Below are positions 31,141-50,010 of a DNA stretch of 64,000 nucleotides, in pieces. Each line of letters starts with the position of its first letter. Position 1 is the first letter of the stretch. The stretch is taken from the NCBI RefSeq assembly GCF_009914755.1, contig NC_060930.1. One strand, written 5' to 3'. Under the pieces are notes generated by a model, which did no database searches, was not told where the DNA came from, and saw only the letters and a program-made list of their open reading frames with translations. The position numbers and the translations under genes are program-made. Source of the stretch: the human T2T-CHM13v2.0 reference genome, Homo sapiens.

Positions 31141-32059
31141 AGATGTGTAGCTCCCATGACTTGAGCTACCACTGATGCTATATGTCCCAATGTTTCCAAA
31201 TCTTGATTCACTTGTGCTCTGAAACAGAACTTTCAAATGTTTCCTGGACATCCTTATCTGGGAGTCCCAAAGGTTTTTCACACTCAGCATAGCTAATCCA
31301 AACACATCTCTCCTCATCCTTCCATGCTTCTCTTTCCTAGATTATGGGACATTAATGGGATCAGCTTTCACCCAGTTGCCTAAGTTCAGAATGCTCTTTC
31401 ATTCCTCCCTCACTAACACATCCAGTCATAAAAAACCCCATCTACTCCACCTGTGAAACATCCTTCTACTCCCTTTTACTCCTATCACCACTGCCTCTGC
31501 TTAGGCCCCAGTGACTTCTGTGCTTTACTGAAATCGCGGAACTGGTAACCCTGCTTCCAGCAGCTCCTTTGCAGTCCTCCACAAAGTGATCCTAATTTTT
31601 CCTTTCTTTTCTTTTTTTTCTCTTAGAGATGGGAGACTTGCTATGTGGCCGAGGCTGGATTCGAACTTCTGGGCTCAAGCGATCCTCCTGCCTTAACATT
31701 TCCAGTAGCTGAGACTACATGTGCACACCACCATGCCCAGCTTACCATAATTTTTAAAACACAATTGTAATTCCTCTCCTTTAAAGTGGCTCTTTGACCT
31801 AGGAGTCAAAAGTTGTTAGCATAGCTCATAAAACCTTAAAGACTCCTTCTCACCCAACCTTTCAAGACTCGGGTCTAGTGCTGACCTCCTCCTGTGCTCT
31901 TGTTACTTTGAACCCACCTTTCATAAAGCAACTGCTATACTGCAATATGACAGCTAGCTCACAGAAAGAGACAGCTAGCTCACAGAAAGCAGTAGAGAAA
32001 ACAATTTAAAAATGGAAAAGGACCTGAACAGCCAATTCACAGGAAAAGAAACCCTAGCC

Positions 32060-32910
32060 AATACAGTCATCTCTATTATCTGCAGGAAATTAGTTCCAGG
32101 ACTACTCCCCCACGGCAACCCCACCCAAATCCAGGCATACTGAAGTTCCGCTGTCAGCACTGAGGAACCGGTGGATACAAAAAGCCTTCCCTGTACTTAG
32201 GTTTGGTATCCTGCAAAAACTGTGATTTCCTTTTTTTTTTTTTAATAGATTTTATTTTACTATTATTTCACTAGTTTTGAGGGACAGATGGTGTTTGGCT
32301 ACATGGGTAAGTTCTTTAGTGGTGACTTCTGAGACTCTGGCGCATCCATCACCCAAGCTGTGTATACGATAACCCATGTGTAGTCTTTTATCCCTCACCC
32401 CCCTCCTACCCTTCCCCGAGTCCCAAAAGTCCATTATATCATTCTTATGCCTCTGCGTCCTCAGAGCTTAGCTCCTCAATGATTTCCTTTCCTCCCCACC
32501 CCCACCTTTTCTTTTGAGACAGAGTCTCACTGTCACCCAGGCTGGAGTGCAGTGGCACCATCGTGGAGCAATCACGGACCTACCAGGCTCAAGCAATCCT
32601 CCCACCTCAGCCTAGGCGCACGTCAACACATGTATTTTTTTTTCATTCTTTGTAGAGATGGGGTCTCACTATGTTGCCAAGGCTAGTCTCAAACTCCTGG
32701 GCTCAGGCGATCCTCCTGCCTCAGCCTCCCAAAGTGCTGGGATTACAGGTGTGAACCACCACGCCTGGCCAAATATTGTATTTTTTATCTGCTTTTGGTT
32801 GCAGATGTGGAACCCACCAATATACCGAGGGTCAATTATATTGAAAAAATCTGTATATAAAGTGAAACCCAAGCAGTTCAAACCTGTGTCTTTCAAGGGT
32901 CAACTATGAA
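32060..32910. mobile_element. Tigger/MER2-type DNA transposon split by an L1 3' fragment (32240-32480) and an Alu (32510-32770)
   Basis: CAGT...-type ends and recognisable L1 3' UTR and Alu text; subfamilies uncertain. Confidence 0.55.
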
Positions 32911-33452
32911 TATGTATAAAGGAGCTGAACCTCATTCTTAAAGAAATGCAAATGAAACAGTAAGACACTCATTTTATATCATACCGACAGATTAAATAGG
33001 CAATATTGTGCATGGTTGAGAACATAAATTGGCACTACCTTTTTTTCCCCTTTTAGGAGGGAAATGGGGTCCCTTCCATAAAAATTCAGTGTATTTAATC
33101 TTAGACCTAGTTACTCTACCTTTAAGAAGTTATCCTATAAATTTATATATAAGAATATTCATTACAGTATCATCTGTAGGAGTGAAAAAATAAAAGTAAC
33201 CAATATCCTTCCAATACAGAACAGGTTTAATCTATCATGACATACATATATATATAAAATAATATTGTCTAGTTGTAAAAAAACAGTTTAGTAAATATTT
33301 ATGTAGTTACTACAAAGAGACATCCAAGGTATGAAAACTGAAGTTGTAGACAGCATGATGCAATCTGAACTAAATACTCACATAAAAACAATAGGCGTAT
33401 ATGCTTATAGATATATAGAAATTAATGGAAAATATAAACATAATACCATTTA

Positions 33453-33779
<327 letters not shown>

Positions 33780-34143
33780 TTAATGAAGTCAGGAATTGAC
33801 TTATTTTTTTCACTTCTGTACTATTTAATTTTTTATAATGAGGCTGCATTGGTTTTATAATAAACATTTTTAAAATGTCCTACAATTGAAGAAACATTTC
33901 TATATTCTTTTATAAAGGTTAGTATTTTAACTGAATATGTAATAAAACTGAAATGTATCTGTAAAATAAATTGTCGGGTAATATTTTAGGTTTATTCTTT
34001 CAAGTTATACTGGGTAGTTTTTCTAATAAAATGTAGTAAGAAAAATTGTTCCATTACTCATTAGACTTGACGTAAAATATTTACGTGCTATTTGAGAGCC
34101 CCCAATTCTCTAGCAAAAACCATTAAAAAATTAAATGCCTCAC

Positions 34144-34158
34144 CTCTTCTACTCTGCA
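34144..34158 (-). CDS. SSR1: SSR1 15-nt cassette microexon
   Basis: CTAAT branch motif, long pyrimidine tract, cttcag|TGCAGAGTAGAAGAG|gtgagg; phase 1-1 and frame-preserving. Confidence 0.85.
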
Positions 34159-34442
34159 CTGAAGCAACAGAAAGAAAAGAGACAGGAAATGGATTAGGAA
34201 CACAGAAAATTCACACATTCATAAATAAGCTGCAGATCTGGAAGAATTTCCAAATTAAAGCATAAGAAGACTACACACTGAATAAACCTTTAAGGTCTTA
34301 ATTAATCACTATACTAGATTCTACACAAGTAATGGAAAAGATGAATGTTAAATAGTACTGAAAAAGTTTTTTTTTTAAACTAAATCTAAGGTATTTAATT
34401 TCCACTTAAGAGAAAAACTTCCCAGCCAAGTCTGTAAGACTA

Positions 34443-34541
<99 letters not shown>

Positions 34542-35701
34542 CTAAAAGAACATAAAGACATATTTTAAAGGAGTTCCATTACACCATTTACTTAATATTT
34601 TTTAAAAAAGAGTTGAGGTCTTGCTATGTTGCCCAGGCTGCCTGGAACTCCTGGGCTCAAGCAATCCTCCTGCCTGAGCCTCCCAAGTAGCTGGGACTAT
34701 AGGCACATACTATCATGACCAGCTGTTTACTCTAATTTTTAAAACACCTATCAAATTACTTAATTTAAATATCTTGGTAAACAAGTTATATTCTCTTCTA
34801 GTCTTCCTAGAACATACTTCTACTCAAATACTTTATTAAAGGGAAGGAGAAAATCATGTCTAGTACTGATGATAAAGAATAAATCTTCATCACATTTATT
34901 TTCAGGCTTTAAAGACCTTTCCCCTTGCTATAAAGGTTCATGTTATGTACCACTGGTGGACCACATAAGAGTATCTATTTATACAATGACTTTATTTCCC
35001 TTTAGGAATCAAATTGTAATCAAAGAATAAATTTATTTCTATATTCAACAAAATTCAGGATAACTGCTGATATGTTACATGCAGGCAGTTTCTGCATCGT
35101 AAGCTAAATACAATTAAACAGTTGGCACAGACAAAACAAAATGAAACCATAAAATCTCATTAAGCTAACCACCTCAATTTAAGAACTTCAAACTTTCTCC
35201 CTAGAGTATTTACAGCAAAACTGCTAGAAAGTAAAAATGACTCATTTAGCCTTGCTTTAAAAAAAAACCCAAGAAACCAACAAACCTCAGTTTATCTACA
35301 TAAGAAACAGTATTAATTATATAATCCGTAAGTTAGAACCTAAGTACATGGAGAGATAACTTAAAAATAGTTTCATTTAAATAGAAGAAAAATGGAGATG
35401 CAGTTATACCTAATATACAAATTTACAGCAAAAATTCCAACCATTATGACAATGAGGCAAAGCGAGTTTTAGAAATTAACATTTAAACACAAAGTATTTC
35501 TCTTTTAAAGAGAAAGAGCTTATTAATAACATTCATTGTTAATTTTAATATAGATTTGACTGCCTGACTAAAGGCTTAATAAATAATCGCCAAAATGATT
35601 AGCAACTGTTTAGGGTCTAATGAATTATATTAACATATTTGATAAAATTGTTTATATTTTCCCACTGAGAGAAATAGTATAGGTTTTGTTTTTGTAGGCT
35701 G

Positions 35702-35785
35702 GAGGGAAGGAAAGGAGGAGGGTGAGTGAGGGAAGGAAAGGAGGAGGGTGAGTGAGGGAAGGAAAGGAGGAGGGTGAGTGAGGGA
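35702..35785. repeat. 26-bp purine-rich tandem repeat, about 3 copies
   Basis: GAGGGAAGGAAAGGAGGAGGGTGAGT at 35702, 35728 and 35754. Confidence 0.9.
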
Positions 35786-35993
35786 ATGGGGAAGAGGAGG
35801 GAAATAAGGATGTGGTAGGGAATGAATCCAGAGTGAGAACCATGATCGTGGCAGACCCTAGGTGTTACCATTTTATTACTCTAACCACAAAAACAGAATT
35901 TTGACTGAGAGAACAAAATGTATTAGTTCTTTTTCCAATGAAAGGACTTGTTTATTAATTAAGGATTGTTTCTATAATTAAGAGTATTAACGC

Positions 35994-36802
35994 AGGCTGA
36001 GTGTGGTGGCTCATGCCTACAATTCCAACACTTTGGGAAACCAACATGAGAGGACAGCTTGAGCCCAGGAGTTCGAGACCAGCCTGGGCAACATGGCGAA
36101 ACCCTGTCTCTACAAAACATACAAAAATTAGCTGGGTGTGGTGGCGTGCACCTGTAGTTCGACTACTCAGGAAGCTGAGGTGGGAGGATGACTTGAGCCC
36201 CGAAGGCGGAGGTTGCAGTAAGCAAGATTGTGCCACTGCACTCCATCCTGGATGAAAGAGCCAGACTGTCTCAAAAAAAAAAAAAAAAAAAAAAAGAATA
36301 TTAAAGAAAATATAAAAGCTAGGTTACTTGCAGATAAAATAGCATACCCATTAAAAAGTAAAGTAAACAGAACAATAAAATCTGAGTTTAGGGAATAAAA
36401 ATTCTAGCATTTAGAGCTACAATACCAATCCAAAGGTAAATATCACTCTGGAGGGCACAAAGGACAATAAATAATTGTATGTGTGTATGAAAGTCTAAAT
36501 GAGGCCAGGTGCAGTGGCTCACACCTGTAATCCCAACACTTTGGGAGGCCAAGGTGGGCAGATTGCTCGAGTTCAGGAGTTTGAGACCAGCCTGGGCATA
36601 TGGCAAAACCCTGCCTCTACAAAAAATTTTAAAATTAGCGGGGTGTGGTGGCATACACCTATGGTCCCAGCTAACCGGGAGGCTGAGTTGAGAGGATCAC
36701 TTGAGCCCAGGAGGTTGAGGCCACAATGAGCTAAGATCACACCACTGCACACTCCAGCCTTGGGTGACAAAGTAAGACTCTGTCTCCAGAAAAAAAAAGA
36801 AA
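35994..36802 (+). mobile_element. Two Alus (35994-36296, 36503-36802)
   Basis: Diverged forward Alu consensus. Confidence 0.93.
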
Positions 36803-36936
36803 GTAAGTTTAAATGAATCAATTTACATATCTAAGGCTTCAGGTTTTATTTTAAAAAGGTACAACAAAGTTCTACGTATACAAACCCACAGTGACAGTAT
36901 GAGGCCGAAGAACTAGACTGCTTAACTTAGTACTTA

Positions 36937-37212
<276 letters not shown>

Positions 37213-37804
37213 TTAAGTTTTATAAATTACCTTTAAGAGCAATTAGTCAATTAAAAAAAACTCTATGATTGAAAATAGAATTACAATTTATGCTCTATTC
37301 AAAAGCTTGGTTTATAAAATAATTGCATTAGCTTTCATCTCCCTGGAATATTACATTATTTTGCACAATCCAATTTAAAAATTACCTTAAGTGAATTATA
37401 TATAAGTTTAGAGTAAAAAAAGATTCATCATTCAGAAAGAACACTTACATTTTTCAAGATAAAATCTTCTAACTTATGTTTTCAATAGTAATTTCAGAGG
37501 CACGAGACTTAGTTTAGGCTGGTGAACAGTTTATAAGCATGAGGTAGAAAATTTAGATGAGAGGAAGGACAGAAAGCCAATACTAACTTTTAAAGAGATT
37601 CTTCCATCAGTTTCAACTATCTTTCCTAATTTGACTTTTATAGTTATAAGAATCATCTGAAGTATGAATGAATATCGTAAGGATTTCACCAAATCTATAC
37701 AGTTCATTCCATCGTCAACATCTAAAACAATGCTGAAACAGAGCAAGCTTTCCAGTCTTACTTTACGAGCAAAATCAAGATCTACATACTACAACTTTCA
37801 CTTA

Positions 37805-37903
<99 letters not shown>

Positions 37904-38475
37904 TCAGAAAAATCTAAATGCAATAAAGGAAGTAAAACATGTAACATTACTTAAAACAGTTACTCTAACAGATTGAATATAGCCTTCCCATCACTTAGAA
38001 GACTCAACAAATTCATATGTAACTGCAATATTCTGTGGCAGGGACTCAACATTGTTATTTTCTCACATGAAATAAAGTCTCTGGGCCAGGTGAGATGGCG
38101 TATGCCTGTGGTCCCAGGTACTCGGGGGCTGAGGCAGGAGGACTGCTTGAACCCAGGACTTGTGAGTCCAGCCTAGCAAACATAGCGAGATCCACACCCC
38201 TTTAAAAAAAGTCACCGACTTTGCCAAAGTTGTCCCCTGAATTTTCTTCTGGGGTAGGGGTGGTGGTGTGAGGACCCAGAGAGTAAAATAAAAATGAGAT
38301 AAAACGTGCAGAAAGAAACAAAGCTCACAGCATTCTTACGCCAACAAGCTTTACCTTCTGTTGTTTGCAATCCTTCAAAACAAGGAAGGAAGAGTACAGC
38401 GGCAGCTGCAGAAGCAGGTCATTTTAAGAACTAGATCGGAACAAAAGTTAAATTCATGTTCTAAAATGACAGTGG

Positions 38476-40020
<1,545 letters not shown>

Positions 40021-40335
40021 TAAGCTGTAGACTCCATTGTGTGTCTTACTGCTCCTTTTCCCATTAAGATCCGGCTCATAGCTTTACTTACATCTCCATT
40101 TTCACTTCCACTCCCACACAATAGCACCTTATTCCCCTTATCTCTAGTATGCATCACTTATCAGCATGTTCTAGTGCCTGTTTTCATATGCCTCCCCCAC
40201 TGGATTAGACTTGAAGAAGAAACGTGCAATTTATCTTTGCTTCCCTGGTGGCTATCACAGGTTCAACCACAAAACAGGCAACTGAATGAACAGATATATT
40301 CTATTAAACAACGTCACCGCCCCCATCCATCTCTA

Positions 40336-40698
<363 letters not shown>

Positions 40699-41542
40699 TT
40701 ACTAATGGATTCTGGCACCCTTTCCTGTGGACTTTGGTGTCAGAATCCCTTCCAATAGAGCACTCCAGTCACCTACTAACGAGAAATTGGTTCAAGTTGC
40801 TGTATAGGCTGAAACCCTTTTGTCTGTACGCTAGCACTCCCACATAAGCATTCAATAAGCGTCTCAATTTCAGACCAGATCACATCCAAATCATGTGGTA
40901 AAAAAGAGTTGCGTATTTTTGGCAGTGAAATAATCAAGCAGCAGGGTTACGTGTGTTGGTGAAGTCACCTTCACCTCCAGCTTAGTGTTATCTGTGCAGG
41001 TAAATAGAAGAATGAAGAAAAGATAAAGTCCAAGAGTTTCATCTGAAAACTAGCATCTGTTAGAACGTAAAAATTAATCAGGCAATCCCAATCCACGTTA
41101 AGCAATTAATCAAAATGCAAATTTGAAGGTTAAGACCCAAGGATGTAGCTACAAAAATGGAAGAAAAAAAGCATAATAAAATTATACTTCCTACAGGCAT
41201 AAAGTTCAAAAGCACATGAGAATAAAACAGAAAATGTAAGAGGACCAAGAAAATTCATAACTTTCAATATTAAGTCTTCAATAATTATACAGTAGTCTAC
41301 AAAGCTGAGTTTCACTGAGTACAGCACAGGCTGTGGGGCCAACAGATCTAGGTCTGGATCCTGTGTTCTCCAATCTATTTATGAACTGGGAGCCCTGACC
41401 AGTTTCTTCTCCAAACTTCAGTTCGACAATGACTACGCTCAGTGGGTTTGTCAGAACTAAATAATACATGCCAAGTATTGAGAATATAGCCCTCAATAAA
41501 TTATCAGCCATAATTATTTTCTTTTAATAAAACCTAGGCACT

Positions 41543-42395
<853 letters not shown>

Positions 42396-42577
42396 ATCTT
42401 TGAAAAGGACAGTCAATTTCTAGTTAAACTAGGTAGTATTTATTTTATTTTTTCCCCTTGGTTTATTTTTTATTGTGTCTATATCACCTACGTATTCCCT
42501 TTAAATGCCAACAATATTACTTTACAGATATGGGTATTCAGATATATATGAACAAGCTCATCGTTTTAAAATGCCTA

Positions 42578-42697
<120 letters not shown>

Positions 42698-42768
42698 CTA
42701 AGAAAAAGAACAATTAAGAGGAGATTACTATGGGAGAAAAAAAAATCATTATTTAAAAATAAAGATTT

Positions 42769-43035
42769 GGCCGGGCACGGTGGCTCACACTTATAATCTC
42801 AGCACTTGGCCGAGGCAGGCAGATCACCTGAAGTCAGGAGCTCGAGACCAGCCTGGCCAACATGGCGAAACCCCGTTCTCTACTAAAAATACAAAAATTA
42901 GCCAGGTGTGGTGGCACATGCCTGTAATCCCAGCTACTCGGAAGGCTAAGGCAGGAGAATCGCTTGAATCCGGGAGGTAGAGGTTGTATGAGCTGAGAAT
43001 GCCCCAATGCGAGACTCCGACTCAAAAAAAAGAAA
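42769..43035 (+). mobile_element. Alu
   Basis: Forward Alu consensus. Confidence 0.93.
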
Positions 43036-43189
43036 TAAAGACTTCACTTTATGTTAGGAAGAAATATTGCTTCTCTACAGCTTTGCTGGGATTAGCAATA
43101 AGAATTTCATCATACCTCATTAATTAAAACAGAACTTTTGGAGCAGTGCCTCTTGAACAGTAATGTGCCTACCAATTCTTTGGGGATGT

Positions 43190-43445
43190 TGCAGATCTAA
43201 TTCAGGTCTAGGGCAAAGCCTATCATTCTCTTTCTAACAAGCACCCAGAAAATGCCAAAGCTGCTGGTATTCAGACCATATTGTGAACTCCAAGGTTCTA
43301 GAACAGAGCTTGGTAAACTTTTTCTGTAAATGGCCAAATAGCAGATACGGCCTTGCAGACCATAAAGCCTCTCTTGCAACTATTCAACTCAACTCTGGGG
43401 CTACTGTGTGAAAGCAGCCTCAGACAATACGTAAATGAATGGGGA
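43190..43445. mobile_element. hAT DNA transposon remnants (MER5-like then MER58-like)
   Basis: aaactttttctgtaaatggcca...agcagcctcagacaatacgtaaatgaatggg resembles MER58. Confidence 0.6.
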
Positions 43446-45194
43446 TCGCTAGATGTGGCTTGCAACCACATTATGCCCACCTCTGCTCTCAAGTACCTTG
43501 TTAACAGCCTACAGAGATTTCCATTCTAATTAACAAAATTTTCCTGTGAGGATCAGTCACATAATTTTGAAGGAAAAAAAAAAGAGTGTGACCAGAGATC
43601 TTCCTGGGTTGATAGAAACGTCCTAAAACTGAATTTATGTTGCAGAACTTGGTAAATTTACTAAGTGTATGTTTAAAACAGATGAATTTTATGATACATA
43701 AACTGTATCTCAACAAATTTTTTTAAAATGTGAACAAATTTTATTTAAAACTTTAAACACAGTGCAGCATCATTTCTCCAGGCATCAATATGGATTAGAG
43801 ACAGTCACACCTTTGAAGTATCCAGACTCTTAATAAATTGAGATGCTTCAGGATGCCATTGTTTATTGGCATTTAACTTTTCACTTACATAAAATACTCC
43901 TTCCTCCAATAGATAAAACTTGTCAAGAGCAAAGATTATCTCATAATTTTAAAATCCTCCACCATCCAGCTCATGCACTTAAGAGAGAGTGCACTCAAAC
44001 ACACTTGTTCAATGACTGTGAAACTGTGTTGTAAGTTATATTTTAAGTATCCTTAATGATTTCATTCATTTAGTAAGAGTAAGTTTCTATTCTGAGAAAA
44101 GAGACCCATAAGTAGGAAAAGAGAACAGAGACAGAGAGGCTGAAACCATAAATGACAGGGATAGACAGGAACAGGGTATATTTCAGCAAGAGAAATCCCT
44201 GATATCTGATTAATGGGTTTTGGAATAAAAACAAACGGAAGAAGTAACAAGACAACAGCTTGAATCACTGGAGCCATATCAAAACAATAAAGAGTTTATG
44301 GAGTAGGACACATGGCAAAAGATTTGGACATATAAAATGTGAAGTACTTATGGAGCATTCAGATGAAACTATCCTGTGAAGAGCTGGAAAAGAGCTACAA
44401 CAGGATAACAACGGAAAACAAGGAATTAGGCAATTAGGTTGCTGGTGACCTTAGCAATACTAGTTTTACTAGATATATGGGACCAGACCATGATAGAGAA
44501 TAAATGTGAAGTGAGCAGAAGAGAAAAGCTGTCCCTGTTTCTCTTTCAAGAAGCCACCGGTCTTGGTAAAGATAAGTAGGTGCAGCAAATGTGGATGAAC
44601 AGTATAAGCAGATGTGTGGCTTAACAGAATCAAATCACTGAGGAGGATTAATGCCTGACGTTACAAAAGGAAAGAATAATGTAACAAAATTCCGCAGGAA
44701 GAGATGAACACAGGTGGAAGGGTTAGCCTTAGAAGAGAACAAGGACAACTCATTATTAAGAAGAAAATGCAGAACGATGGGTGAATAATATATTTGGAAG
44801 TAGAAAATACAAAATCTGATAGAGTTCATGCTTGATGGCCTTCTTCACTTTCTGACACTGAAGGCAATGTTGCTGCCAAGACTGAAAACTCATTTAGGGA
44901 TTTAAACATGGCAAATGTTTGGAACACTGATTGTGGAAAACTAAGTAACTCATTTATCTTACAGCTATTCAGCATGTAAGATGTATAACGCTTAGTATCT
45001 GCTACCCGGTAAAACTCCAGAATATTTCAGCTATTGCAAACAATCTCCAGAGGAGAGTATAGAAACTGGTGGTACTGCTTGCCTACAGGGAGATGACTTC
45101 ATGGCTGGAAGGCACACAAGGGAAACTTTTCATCATATATTCTGTACCTTGTAAGTTCTGAGCCATTTGAATATATCATCTATTTTAAATAACT

Positions 45195-46885
<1,691 letters not shown>

Positions 46886-48235
46886 GCATCTCTCTTCTAC
46901 CCTCTTCCTCCACAATAAGTACATTCTAGTGCCAGAGAGCACAAGTAATTTCATATAATTGGTAACAACGATATAATTCATCAATAAATTTCAGTACATG
47001 CCCAAATTTCAGTGCCCCAAATACCATCTTTAATCCTAAATTCCTAGATGGATTCCCTTCCAACCATCACTCTAAGTTATCTTACCACAACTAGTCAAAT
47101 ATTTATTAACAACAATGCAGCAGAAATGTATTAATCTAGTTAAAGCTATTCACTTAATGCAGGCTGGGTTGAAGACGTGGAGTCTTAACATAAACCCTAA
47201 AGGTATGTGTATACATACATATGAAAGGCTTGACTCACAGATAATCAGTAAGGAGTTCCTAAAGAGGGGGAAATTAGGAGAGTTCACAAATTACTAGGGA
47301 CATCCTATCCAGATAAAACAGTAGGTGCAGAAGCATAAAAATGATAACTCAAAAACACCAATAAAATAGCAACAGATTTGCTTAGTTGGAAGACATATTC
47401 CATAAAAATGAAAGTAAGTCAAAAAAGAAGCAGAAATCTATATATAAGAATAAATATTTTGATACTGAAATAAGAAAATAGGGAACTAGTGGTTTAATTT
47501 TGAAGGAAATGACAAAATCTGGAATCATGAGAGGTTCCAGGTTCAAGTATGACACGAAAATAGAAAGAAAAAAAGCTGTGTAGGATGGATTATAGTCGTT
47601 CCAGAGAGGAAATAAAATTAACTAGATGCATGCTGCAATGATCCCAATTCCAGCCCAATATTCTTACTGTTGTATTACATAGTAAACATTTCAGAGCTGA
47701 ACAACTTTTAAGAGATCTTCTCTAACCCCCTTATTCTTCACCAGATATATTTTACATACTGTTTGTTGTCTGCTTCTCACCCCCTGCCATTAAAACACAT
47801 ATAACTGCCCCCAAAAAAAGTCTGAAAGAGCAGAGAAAATATCTGGTTTGCCCACCCAGCACCAAGAACAGTGCCTGGCACATAAGGATTCAGAAATACA
47901 ACAAGCAAGCAAAAAGAATAAAAACAGAGTAAAAGCAAGCAAGCGAAAAAGAAACTGAGACCCACAGAGATAAGTCAGAAAAGGAAGCAGCAGGTATTCC
48001 AAATCTATGAAACCATGAGGTCCAGTGCTATTTCTACTATGTTGTTACCCTTCTAGACTCATGTCACCACGATCCTGAATTGTTAACTATTTCATGTCTC
48101 CTTCCCTGTTCCAGAAAATACTTATGCTCTGTTCTCAATGACTGGTGCCTATTCTCCCAACTTCAATTCACTTTGATCACATTAACAAACCTCTAAAAGT
48201 TGGGATTTTAAATTTTTGTATAAGGATAAGCTCTA

Positions 48236-48535
48236 GGCCAGGTGTGGTGGCTCATGCCCATAATCCCAGTGCCTTCAGAGTCCGAGGCATGAGGATCATC
48301 ACTTGAGCCCAGAAGTTTTAGACTAGCCTGGGCAACATAGCAAGACCCTGTCTCTACAAAAAAAAATTACAAAAATTAGCCGGGCTTGTTGGGGCATGAC
48401 GGTAGTCCTAGCTACTCAGGAGGCTGAGGCAAGAGGATCACTTGAGCCCAGGAGTTCGAGGCTGCAGTGAGCTATGCTCGTGCCACTGCACTCCAGCCTG
48501 GGGAACAGAGCAAGTCTCTGTCTCTAAAAATAAAT
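48236..48535 (+). mobile_element. Alu (older, J-like)
   Basis: Diverged forward Alu consensus. Confidence 0.9.
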
Positions 48536-48563
48536 AAGTAAGGATAAATTCTAGATGTACTAT

Positions 48564-48936
48564 TGATAACGGTTTTGCTGTGTCCCCAACCAAATCTCAT
48601 CTTGAAGTGTAGTTCCCATAATCTGCACATCGTGGGAGGAACCTGGTGGGAGGTAAATGAATCACGGGGACGGTTACCTCCATGCTGTTCTCGTGAAAGT
48701 GAGTTCTCACAAGATCTGATGGTTTTTATAAGGGGCTTTCCCCACCCTTTGCTCTGCACTTCTCCTTGCTGTCACCTTGTGAAGAAGGACATGTTTGCTT
48801 CCATTTCGGCCATGATGGTAAGTTTCCTGAGGCCTCCCCAGTCATGCTGAACTGTGGGTCAATGAAACCTTTTTCCTTTATAAATTACCCAGTCTTGGGT
48901 ATGTCTTTATTAGCAGCATGAGAACAGATGAATACA
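48564..48936 (+). mobile_element. THE1-type MaLR solo LTR
   Basis: TGATA...gctgtgtccccaaccaaatctcatcttgaa...taaattacccagtcttgggtatgtctttattagcagc...AATACA. Confidence 0.88.
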
Positions 48937-48940
48937 ATTA

Positions 48941-49138
<198 letters not shown>

Positions 49139-49691
49139 CTAATTTCTTTTTTTAACATCAGGTATAGGCAAAAAAAACTTCCCTTGGACTAACAGAATCT
49201 CCCAGTTCACCTGAATGATGCCAATTACAATGCACCGAAGAATATTTATATTTTAGTTTACTAGTAGTCTTAACAACTGCATATCAATTTTTTTTTTTTT
49301 TTTTAAGAGTCAGGGTCTTGCTCTGATGCCTAGGTTGGGAGTACAGTTGTGCAGTCATAGCTCACTGCAGCCTCAAACTCCTGGGCCCAAGTGATCCTTC
49401 CACCTCAGCTTCCTGGGTAGCTAGGACTAGAGGCGTGAACCACTGTTCCCTGCCTTCCATGTTATTTTTAATGGGAAATGTGGTTTAACTTCAAAAAGTG
49501 CCCAACAGATGGAAAAATGAATGGCACAAACTAAAGATGCCTTGAAGCACAAAGAACTTCAAGCAACTTTGTTAAGCAAATTAAGGAAAATAATTTTTTG
49601 CAAAGATAAGAAACTTCTAAATGTAATCCCTGTCATTAACCATACAAAGCAAACTAAACAACCCCCACGTTTAAAAGAAAACAGCATTCTT

Positions 49692-50010
<319 letters not shown>

